A stretch of DNA of 64,000 nucleotides from Candidatus Latescibacterota bacterium (lineage in GTDB: Bacteria > Latescibacterota > UBA2968 > UBA8231), in assembly GCA_965223905.1 (NCBI GenBank), contig CBDCXV010000011.1, forward strand, positions 1,024,001 through 1,088,000, read 5' to 3'. Shown piece after piece: positions 48,919 to 57,930 of the stretch. Position 1 is the first letter of the stretch; the number at the start of each line of letters is the position of its first letter. Position numbers and translations under genes: made by a program. The notes below the pieces were generated by a model. It was not told where the DNA came from. It ran no database searches and worked only from the letters and a program-made list of their open reading frames with translations.

Positions 48919-49983
48919 ATGGCCAAGGACAGAAGCGACGACTGGGCCTTGCTGGCGCGTTATCTATCCGGCGAGTGCACTGAAGAAGAGAGGGCCGATG
49001 TCGAGGCGGCGATCGCCTCGGACCCTGAAAAAAAGCGCCTCGTCAACTTGATGCACTCCGTGTGGGAGACCACGGAGCCGCAGGCCGGCGGGTCTGATGT
49101 AAGCAGACTGTGGGGCGAGGTTGCCGGGAAGGCGGGGATTGCGGCAGGGTCCGATGCGGCCCGGAACCGCGGCCGCCAGGGGATCGGCGGGCGCCTTGTC
49201 GAGTGGTTTCAGCCGCAGCCGAAGCTCGCCCGGTACTACGCGGCCGCGGCTGTCCTTCTCATCGTCTCCTCGCTGGCATACTACGGGTCCCGGGAAACCG
49301 GGATCCTCCCGTCTTCCCGGGAGACCCGGTGGTTGACGCTGGCGGTCGAGAGCGGCGCCGGCGACGTGCTCACCCTGAGCGACGGCACGCGGATCCGGCT
49401 CGACGCCGGCAGCACCCTGCGCTACCCGGAGAGCTTCCGCGGGGACGAGCGCCCGGTCTTTCTCGGCGGGGAGGGCTATTTCGAGGTGGCGCCCGACGCG
49501 GACAGGCCGTTCAGGGTCCGCCTGGAACACGCTGTCGTCGAAGTGCTCGGGACCCGGTTCAACGTCAGGGCCTGGCAGCCGGAACAGAGGGTCACCGTCG
49601 CCGTGGCGGAAGGAAAGGTCGCGCTCATTTCCGGGCAGGAGAAGAAAGCGGTCGAGATCGGAACGGGTCAGATGAGCACGCTATCTGAAAGCGGCCCCCC
49701 CTCCGAACCGCGCCCCGCCGATATCGACATACACCTGGGGTGGATGCGCCGGGCGGCGTTCTTCGACGACGCCCCCCTGCGGGACGTCCTGTTCCAGCTG
49801 GAACGCTGGTACGATGTCCAATTCACTCTCGAGGACACTTCCATGGCCGCGGAACGACTCACCATGCACGTCGAGGCAAAGTCTCTCGATAGCGTTCTCG
49901 AGCTGATCTCGGCCCTGACGGGACTGGACTGCCGGCGTGACGACGGCAGGGTCCTGCTGGCATCGAGAGACAAGGGCGGATGA
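48919..49983 (+). CDS. FecR family anti-sigma/transmembrane sensor
   Basis: LLARYLSGE, TM, LSDGT.I.LDAGS.L, GEGYFEV, VLGTRFNV, LERWYDV. Confidence 0.92.
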   Translation: MAKDRSDDWALLARYLSGECTEEERADVEAAIASDPEKKRLVNLMHSVWETTEPQAGGSDVSRLWGEVAGKAGIAAGSDAARNRGRQGIGGRLVEWFQPQPKLARYYAAAAVLLIVSSLAYYGSRETGILPSSRETRWLTLAVESGAGDVLTLSDGTRIRLDAGSTLRYPESFRGDERPVFLGGEGYFEVAPDADRPFRVRLEHAVVEVLGTRFNVRAWQPEQRVTVAVAEGKVALISGQEKKAVEIGTGQMSTLSESGPPSEPRPADIDIHLGWMRRAAFFDDAPLRDVLFQLERWYDVQFTLEDTSMAAERLTMHVEAKSLDSVLELISALTGLDCRRDDGRVLLASRDKGG

Positions 49984-52560
49984 TGGATCGCTTGACGAGA
50001 GCGATGCTCTGGACCATGGCGGCGCTCGCAATCGCCGCTCTGAACGACGCCGCGTCGGCGCGGCCCCCTGCCGTCCAGGTCGGCGGACTGAGGGTGCCCG
50101 AATCCATGCTCACGGTGATATCCGTCGATCTCGAGAACGTCCCTTTCGAGGCGGCCCTTGCAGCCATCGCGGCAAAGGGAAACTTCGACCTGAGCTACAA
50201 CCGCAGCCGCATCCCCGTCGACGAGAAGGTAACCGTGAGCATGGAGGGGGTCCGCGCCCTGGATGCCCTGTCCTACGTGTTGGAGGAAACCGACACGGAA
50301 CTTGCCGTTACCAGCGACGGGCAACTCGCGGTCGTTCCGTCGGCAGCTCCCGATGACCGGCGGGCGGAAAGGTCAGCCACCCTCAGCGGCTTCATCCGCG
50401 ACCGCAGCGACGGCGAGCGCCTGCCCAACGCCACGGTCGCGGTCGGGGACCGGGAAATGGGCACCCTCAGCAACGCCGAAGGCTACTACGCCCTGCCCGG
50501 CATCCCAGCGGGAACCTGGGTTATCGCCGTGTCCTACATCGGCTACGCCGTGCACCGGGACACCCTCCACCTCGCCGCCGGCCAGGAGCTGCGCCGGGAT
50601 ATCGAGCTCGGTCGAGATGAGCTGGAGATGGAAGCCGTCGTCGTCGAAGCCGCGGCGGACCGGGTGGAAAACGAGCTGAGCCGGCAGTCGAGCGTCGTCG
50701 TCCTGCCGATGAAGTCCCTGCAGAAGATGCCTGCCATGGGAGAACCGGACCTGCTGCGCAGTCTGCAGCTGTTGCCCGGCGTCCAGACCGCTTCGGATTA
50801 CAGCAGCGGCCTCTACGTGCGCGGCGGCGGACCCGACCAGACCGGCATCCTGCTGGACCAGGTGCGGCTCTACAACCCGTCGCACGCCTTCGGCTTCTTC
50901 TCCACCTTCAACCCGGATGCCATCAAGGACGTCACCTTCTACAAGGGCGCCTACCCGGCCCAGTACGGCGGCAGCCTCGGGGCCATCCTCGACGTGCAGA
51001 ACCGCGACGGCTGACCGCCGCCGTTTCAGCAACAGCGGCGGCGTCAGCCTGATCTCCAGCCGCTTGATGAGCGAGGGGCCGCTGGGCAGGGGCTCGTGGA
51101 TGGTGGCCGGCCGGCGCACCTACATCGACCCGGCGTTGCGGGCGGTGCGGAGAAGTGTCGACGGCCTCGGCCTGGGCTACTGGTTCTACGACCTCAACGC
51201 CAAGATCAACACCCAGCTGACCCCCGACGACAACCTCATGGTCAGCGCCTATGGGGGGGACGACCATCTCGACATATCGGTGAGCGACAACACCGACACC
51301 CTTTCCTTCGTAAACGAGTGGGGCAACCGCGCCCTGACCGGGCGCTGGACGCACCTGTTTTCGCCGGCGCTCTTCGGGCGCGCCATCCTCCTGTATTCCA
51401 GGTACCACAGCGACATCATCATCGACTTTTTCGGCACCCCCATCGAGATACGCAACAAGGTGCGGGACGTAACTCTCAAGGGGGATCTCGACTGGTTCGC
51501 CTCCCCGGAGCACACCTTGCGCGCCGGTGTCGACCTCACCCGGTTCCGCTTCGATTACGGGGTGCGCTTCGACGAGTACGAAGAGGATCAGGTAGTAGAG
51601 CCGTACCTGCTTTCCGCCTATGTCCAGGACGACTGGCAGGCGACGCCCCTGACCGAGGCCCGGCTGGGTCTGCGCGGAACCTGGTACGAGGAGGGAGGGC
51701 GCCTGTCCCTGAACCCGCGCTTCTCGCTCAGCCGGGTGTTGCAGGAGGGCTTGCGCGTCAAGCTCGCCGGAGGCAGCTACCGGCAATTCCTGCAGCTGGT
51801 GTCGACGGAGGGGTTCGGCGGCGGCGACGTCTGGGTCTCCCTCGACGAGACCGTGGATCCAGGGCGCTCTTTCCAGGCGGTCTCGGGACTGGAGTGGGAG
51901 CCCTCCGGCACCTGGCGGGTCAGCCTCGAGTCCTATTACACGGGCCTGGCCAACCTCGTGCTCCTCGACGAGGACCAGGAGGAGAACGCCGAGCAGGAGA
52001 CCTCGGAGGACATCTTCAAGACCGGGGGAAAGGGCTACGCCACCGGACTGGAGCTGTTCGCCGAAAAACGGCGCGGGGCCCTGACCGGCTGGCTGGGCTA
52101 CACCCTGGGGCGGACGCGGAGAACATTCCCCGAGATCGACGAAGGCCGCTCCTTTCCGCCCAAGTACGACCGGCGGCACGACGTCTCGTTGACCGCCAAG
52201 TACAGCTCGGGCCGCTGGACCTGGACGGCCAATTTCGTCTACGGCACGGGCCAGGCCTACACGCCGGCGGGGGCCCGCTACACCCTGCGCGACCCGGCGT
52301 CCGACCGCCCCGTGGACCGGCTCCTGGCGGCGCGGCGCAACAGCGCCCGGCTGCTTCCCTACCACCGTCTCGATGCCGGGGCGCGGCGCCATGTCCGGCT
52401 CTTCGGCGCCGAGGTCGAGTTCTACCTGCAGATCTTCAATCTGTACAACCGCCGCAACGAGTGGTTCATCCAGTACCACCCCGAGGATTCCGAGCGGGAA
52501 CCGACCGTGGTCGGGATGCTGCCCGTACTGCCGACCTTCGGCTTCGACTTCAGGTTCTGA
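49980..52560 (+). pseudogene. TonB-dependent receptor (STN + carboxypeptidase-like + plug + barrel) split by a 1-bp insertion at ~51012
   Basis: GAC GGC T GAC CGC CGC CGT TTC; plug LPGV...VRGG; barrel ends FDFRF. Confidence 0.88.
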
Positions 52561-52562
52561 CG

Positions 52563-53579
52563 ATGCCTGTATTCCTGTTGCTTCTGACTCTCGCGCCGCT
52601 CCTGTCCTGTGACGCGCCGGGCCCCCTGGCCGCCGACCGGGATCCCGGGGAGCTGTTCGGCCCCGCCGAGGAGGAGCTGATCGTGGTCGACGCCATCCTC
52701 ATCGTCGGCGCGCCGCTGCCGCCGGTCATGTTGCGGCGCACGGAGGCGCCCGGGGTTTCCTACGAGGCCGCGGCCGCCGGCCTGACCGGGGCCGAGGTTC
52801 TGATACGGAGGGGCGACGCCCTGTTCGAGTACCGCGCCGATCCGGCCATGCCGGGGCGCTACCTGCCGCCGGACAGTGCGCCGCGGGTCGAACCCGACCG
52901 CGTTTACGAGCTGCAGGTTGCGAGCGGGGACGCCCCTGTCGTGCGCGCCCGGACCCTGACGCCGGCGCGGGCGCGCATCGAGGAGCTGGTGTGGCTCGAC
53001 GACGACCTGGAGACCGAGCTGCAGCAGCTCAGGCTGTTCTCCGAAATCGGCGACGGGGTCTACGACGCCGGGGAGAACCAGCTGGAGTACCCGGTGGGCG
53101 TGCTGATAGCCCGGCTCGGGGTCGGCGGGGAAACCGGGTTCTACCAGTTCGCCACATTCAACCTCGAGAGCTCCAGTCCGTATCTGTTCGACACCGATTG
53201 GATCGAGGAGGGAGACCTGGAGGAAGAGGAGGACTTCGAGCTGGAGCGCGACAACACCTCCCCCCTGTTTCGTGCCGAAGGAAGCGAGCTCTACGTCCCC
53301 TGGGACGGCATCTATTACGCCGGGCGCTACAAGGTCAGGCTCTACGCCGTCGACCGGAACTGGTTCGACCTCGTGCGCACCGACAACCTCGATTCGGAGC
53401 GCAGCGCCGGGGAGGCGGGCCAGTCCTTTCAGCGGCCCCTCTTCCACGTCGACAACGGGATCGGCCTGTTCGCTTCGGCCTCGGTGGATTCCTTCGGCTT
53501 CTTCGTCCGTCCCGAGGGGAGCCCGGCCTGCTCCGGGTGCGAGTGCTGGGGTTGCGAGGAGGCTTCTCCGAGCGAGTGA
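52563..53579 (+). CDS. DUF4249-like lipoprotein
   Basis: Lipobox LLSC; VDNGIGLFASAS C-terminal motif; follows the TBDR. Confidence 0.75.
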   Translation: MPVFLLLLTLAPLLSCDAPGPLAADRDPGELFGPAEEELIVVDAILIVGAPLPPVMLRRTEAPGVSYEAAAAGLTGAEVLIRRGDALFEYRADPAMPGRYLPPDSAPRVEPDRVYELQVASGDAPVVRARTLTPARARIEELVWLDDDLETELQQLRLFSEIGDGVYDAGENQLEYPVGVLIARLGVGGETGFYQFATFNLESSSPYLFDTDWIEEGDLEEEEDFELERDNTSPLFRAEGSELYVPWDGIYYAGRYKVRLYAVDRNWFDLVRTDNLDSERSAGEAGQSFQRPLFHVDNGIGLFASASVDSFGFFVRPEGSPACSGCECWGCEEASPSE

Positions 53580-53652
53580 TCGGGCGCCATCGACCGGACA
53601 CTGCCGTCGGTGTACCGACCTCGCTACCCGGCCCCGGGCCGATCTCAGAAGA

Positions 53653-53988
53653 TCAAGCGCGCCAGAAACGCAACGATGGATGTTTCACATCTCGCTTCAG
53701 CAATTGAAAGTTTCCATCTGCCAGTTTTTGAATGTTCGGAGGAAGTTTTCGATAGCATTCCCAAAACGAAGGAGTTGCGAAATGATTTATAGTTCCTTGC
53801 ACTTTCCCAGCCCGGCAATCTCCGATGGCATGGTTAGCCAATCGATCCAACTTCCCCGATATAGCGTCTTCTTCGATCTGAAAATCCCAAGCTTCGGCAT
53901 CAAATTCATCCAACCATTCCCTGAAACGGGCAAGGTCCTCCGGCGAAAGCCGGGAAACGGCTGATTGAAGTTCAGATACGGATTGCAT
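53653..53988 (-). pseudogene. Degenerate TA pair: antitoxin fused to a truncated ParE/RelE-like toxin
   Basis: WD.QIEED..SGKLD.LA..A antitoxin runs into NHFATPSFWECYRKLP...HPSLRF then stops. Confidence 0.75.
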
Positions 53989-54537
53989 GATTATTTCCTC
54001 CACTTCCCTGGCAAGGCAATTCTATTCTGGGATAATGTACCTTCCTTGTAGGTGCAGGACGAGTCCGGACAACATCTGTCTCGTCAAGGCCCGCTTGTTG
54101 TCTCGTCAAGGCCCGCTGCAACTGAAATGCTTGCTCAGGAAGCTGGATTTCGGCCTCCCCTCCCAGCTGTCCTCGGCCCCACGGCCCAGCGCGGTTCTCA
54201 GAAAACCAGCCGCGCCAAGCTGTGCCGGGGAAGCCTGAAGGCAATCCCGCCTTCCGTCGGCTCGACCTCCAGGCTGCCCGCTCCGAACCTCGACGCCGGC
54301 AGGAAATGGGCGCTGCCCAGGAGCGCGGCCTCCGACAGCTCCGGCGGCTCCTCCGCGTCAAGCGCGCAATTCCGCGTGAATCCGGCCGTCCTCGTTTCCT
54401 GCCGGACTCGCGCGAACACACAGGCTCCCCTCCCCCGGCGGTTCTTGTAGTACCGGGCGGCCATCCTTTCCTTCAACCCCTGCCGCGAAGGCAGACCACC
54501 ATCAACTGAAAACCCGCTTCAACAAAGGGAGATTGTC

Positions 54538-55308
54538 ATGAGTTCGGACACGCCCGGCCGCGTCGCCGGCAAAGTAGCCATCGTCACCGGGGCCGCCTCC
54601 GGGATAGGAGAGGCGACCGCCAAACGGCTGGCCGAAGAGGGGGCCTCGGTCACCGTCGCCGACATCGACGAAACCAACGGCAAGCGCGTCACCGGAGAGA
54701 TCAAGGCCGCCGGGGGAGATGCCTTTTTCGTCAGGACCGACCTGAGCAGGACCCCCCAGATCGAGCGCATGATCGACCGCACCGAGCAGCACTTCGGACG
54801 CCTCGACATCCTCCACAACAACGCCATCGCCTTCCAGCACGGCTCGGCCACCGAGCTCGACGAAACGGGATGGGACCTGACCTTGAACGTCGGGCTGAAG
54901 GCGGTTTTCCTGGCGGCGAAGTTCGGCATCCCGGTGATGCGCCAGACCGGCGGGGGGGTCATCATCAACACCGGATCCGTTCACTCCCTGGTCAGCTTCG
55001 CCACCTGCACCGCGTACGATTCCGCCAAGGCCGGCATCCTCGGGCTCACCCGCGTCCTCGCCCTCGACTACGGCCCGGACATCCGCGTCAACGCGGTGCT
55101 GCCCGGGGCGATCCTCACCCCTTTGTGGGACAACCTCGAGGTGCCGGAAAAGGAGCGGCGCCGCTACGCCGACATGGTGCCGGCGAAACGGCTCGGCTAC
55201 GGCGACGACATCGCCAACGCCGTGCTTTTCCTGGCGTCTGACGAGGCCTCGTTCGTCACCGGCACCCACCTCGTCGTCGACGGCGGGCTGCTCTGCCGCA
55301 CCGAGTAG
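54538..55308 (+). CDS. Short-chain dehydrogenase/reductase
   Basis: TGAASGIG, NNA, YDSAK, VDGG. Confidence 0.92.
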   Translation: MSSDTPGRVAGKVAIVTGAASGIGEATAKRLAEEGASVTVADIDETNGKRVTGEIKAAGGDAFFVRTDLSRTPQIERMIDRTEQHFGRLDILHNNAIAFQHGSATELDETGWDLTLNVGLKAVFLAAKFGIPVMRQTGGGVIINTGSVHSLVSFATCTAYDSAKAGILGLTRVLALDYGPDIRVNAVLPGAILTPLWDNLEVPEKERRRYADMVPAKRLGYGDDIANAVLFLASDEASFVTGTHLVVDGGLLCRTE

Positions 55309-55391
55309 GGCGCCCGGGAGGGAGCCGGATGACCTTAAACGGACCCGAGAAGCGGTGGTGCGCCGCCCTCGGTCTGCTCCTGTCACTGACG

Positions 55392-55580
55392 ATGTCGGCG
55401 AGGGCTCATGCCGGCGACCGCGTCTACCCGATTGCCTACCTCACCGACGAGGTGCCGGAGTAGATCCGGCTCGACGTCGATGGCATCCTGCTGTCCGCCG
55501 ACCCGTCCGAACTGGGGGAAGGCAGCGCGGTCGAGTCGGTTGCATGGGGCCGGATCAAGGCTTCCCTGGAGTTGAAGTAG
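55392..55580 (+). pseudogene. 3' remnant of a secreted-protein gene ending AVESVAWGRIKASL
   Basis: 63-codon frame with internal TAG at 55461; C-terminal WGxIK motif. Confidence 0.55.
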
Positions 55581-55661
55581 ATGGCTCCCACCAACCAACC
55601 CCTCTCTCTGACCAACTCGATCTTGGCACGCCCCTCGCCCTGAGGGTCCTTCTCGGAGCCA

Positions 55662-57431
55662 CTACCGGCCGTCCCGGGTCAGGGTCAGGACCTGATTGGC
55701 AGCCACCCCGGACAGCTCCTGCTCGGCGCCGTCCGGCCAGCGCACCGTCAGGAGGTCGACCTGCGCAGCCGGCCCCAGGCCGAAGTGAAGGCGGGTATCG
55801 TCCTGGGACAGGTAGCCGCCCCCGGCGCGCACCTCCCGCAGCATCAACAGCTTTCCGGACCTGGCCGTCACCCGCGCGCCGATGGCGTGGGTGTTCGGGC
55901 CCTGGTCCCGTAGCCGCAGGATCAGCCAGTTGCCGCGGTTGCCCCCGTCGTTGCGCAGCAAGGTGGGGGGCGCGTCGAGGTTGGAGACGACGATGTCGAG
56001 GTCGCCGTCGTCGTCGAGGTCCCCGAGCGCGGAGCCGCGGCTCGACAGCTCGACCTCGAACCCCGGGCCTGACAGCCGCGAGACGTCGATGAAGCGCCCC
56101 CCGGTGTTTTCGTAGAGCTGGTTGGGCTGGCGGTAGCTCGTCCCGAGGCCGCCGCGGTCGACCGCCGGGAAGACGTGCCCGTTGGCGACGAACAGGTCCT
56201 CGTCGCCGTCGTGGTCGCAGTCGAAGAAACCGGCCCCCCAGCCCAGGTACGACAGGCTCGACAGCCCGAGCCCGACCTGCCAGCTGGCGTCGCTGAAACC
56301 GGCGCCTCCCCGGTTCTCGTAGTAGGTGTTGTGGTCGTGGGAGAAATTGGTGACGAAGAGATCGATATCCCCGTCGCCGTCGGGATCGCCCGCGGCCGCA
56401 CCCATCCCGGATTGTTCGCGCCCGTCCTTCTCGAAGGCGGCCCCCGCGACGACGGCGATATCGACGAACCGCCCGGCGTCGTTGCGGTAGAGCACGTTCG
56501 GCGTCGAGTCGTTGGCGACGTAGATGTCGAGGTCGCCGTCGTCGTCGTAATCCCCTGCCACCGCGGCGAGGCCGTAGTACTCGTACTCCAGCAGGCCAAC
56601 TTCGGCCCCGGCGTCGGTGAAGGCCCAGCCGCTTTCCGGCCCTTCGTTGCGGAAGTAGAGGTCCCTGGCGCCGGGCAGGCCGTTGGGCCCGCAGAACACC
56701 TCCGTCAAGCCGCGCCAGGTGCAGTAGGCGTCGCGGTCCTCGGGAACGAAGCCGGGATCGAAGTCGATGTAGTTGGTCAGGTAGAAGTCGAGATCCCCGT
56801 CGCCGTCGAAATCCCCGAACGCCGCGGCCGATCCCCATCCGGGGTGGGCTACCCCCGCGGCCCCGGCGACCTCCCGGAAGCGCTCCCCGTTCCGGTAGAG
56901 GGCGTTGGCGCCGTAGTTGGCGAGGTACAGGTCGACGCGGCCGTCGCCGTCGTAGTCCGCCGCGGCGACCCCCATGCCCCAGCCGACGTGAGCGGCCCCC
57001 AGTTCTCCTGCGACCTCGGCGAAGCGCCACTCCCGGTCGTTGCGGTACAGGGCGGCGCGCGGCGCGGCCCCCTCGGGGACCCCGCCGAGGCGGGAGCCGT
57101 TGGTGAAGAAGATCTCGAGGTCCCCGTCGCCGTCCTGGTCGAAGAGGGCGACCCCCCCGGTGGTGCTCTCGACGATCAGCTTTTTTTCCGGGCTGCCGCT
57201 GACTATGGGGGTTGTGAGCCCCGCCTCGCCGGCGACGTCGACGAAGGGGGGGAACCCTTCCCCGGCCGCTGCGGAACGGCTGGAACCGGGCTGCTCCCGG
57301 GTCACCCGCTCCCCGAGGGAGGAATCCGCCGCGGCAGCCGCAGTTCCTGCCCCCGCGGCAGCGGTTGCGGCAAGGGCGATCCCCCAGAGGGTCAGCTTCG
57401 GTGAAATAGACGCTGCCCTTCTGCTGTCCAT
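55662..57431 (-). CDS. CRTAC1 family protein (FG-GAP repeats + ASPIC/UnbV domain)
   Basis: D.DGDGD.D repeats; AIGARV..., GGGYLSQ...LHFGLG, VRWPDG. Confidence 0.92.
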   Translation of the reverse strand: MDSRRAASISPKLTLWGIALAATAAAGAGTAAAAADSSLGERVTREQPGSSRSAAAGEGFPPFVDVAGEAGLTTPIVSGSPEKKLIVESTTGGVALFDQDGDGDLEIFFTNGSRLGGVPEGAAPRAALYRNDREWRFAEVAGELGAAHVGWGMGVAAADYDGDGRVDLYLANYGANALYRNGERFREVAGAAGVAHPGWGSAAAFGDFDGDGDLDFYLTNYIDFDPGFVPEDRDAYCTWRGLTEVFCGPNGLPGARDLYFRNEGPESGWAFTDAGAEVGLLEYEYYGLAAVAGDYDDDGDLDIYVANDSTPNVLYRNDAGRFVDIAVVAGAAFEKDGREQSGMGAAAGDPDGDGDIDLFVTNFSHDHNTYYENRGGAGFSDASWQVGLGLSSLSYLGWGAGFFDCDHDGDEDLFVANGHVFPAVDRGGLGTSYRQPNQLYENTGGRFIDVSRLSGPGFEVELSSRGSALGDLDDDGDLDIVVSNLDAPPTLLRNDGGNRGNWLILRLRDQGPNTHAIGARVTARSGKLLMLREVRAGGGYLSQDDTRLHFGLGPAAQVDLLTVRWPDGAEQELSGVAANQVLTLTRDGR

Positions 57432-57492
57432 GCGCTGGCGCCGCTGCCTTTCACCAAAGGGACCGGGAACCTCCCGGGGCGTTGCGGGCACG

Positions 57493-57845
57493 CCTGGTGA
57501 ATGGAGACTCCTCCGGCATCGGGCTCAGCTTGAGAACCGACGGCTCCGGTGCGGGAAACCGCGATCCCCTGCGGATTGCCGCGGCGAGCCGGCAGGCGGC
57601 CACACGGCGGGGGAACTCCTGGCGAATGAAGGTTTCGTCCGGAATCTGGCCTGCCTTGAGAACCGACGGCTCCGGTGCCGAATCCGTGATCCCCTGCCGA
57701 TTCCGCAGCGAGCCAGCGGGCGGCCAAATGCCGGGAACTCCTGGCGAATGAAGGCTTCGTCCGGCATCCGGCCTCGGGGTCTGAAAAACCGGCTGCCCTG
57801 GCTTCCGAACCCGGAATCCCCATGAGAATTGCCGGAATCCCGGAC
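57493..57845. repeat. Imperfect ~121-125-bp tandem repeat, about 2.5-3 copies, intergenic
   Basis: CCTGG(T/C)GAATG starts at 57493, 57618, 57739; cttgagaaccgacggctccggtgc present twice. Confidence 0.85.
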
Positions 57846-57930
57846 CACGGCACGCACCCGCCGGGGCCAGCCGTCCCCGCCCTGCACCGAGGGCCGAAAA
57901 GCCCGCCCCTTGCGGCCGGTTCCCCTCCGC

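Noticed and set aside
51096-52562. N-terminal extension of the 827-aa ORF
   Set aside because: Alternative frame of the TBDR; the lipoprotein starts at 52563.
54198-54476. 92-aa ORF
   Set aside because: No recognisable motif; may be a remnant but cannot be supported.
57493-57845. CRISPR array
   Set aside because: Period ~120 bp, intervening sequences similar to each other, no cas genes.
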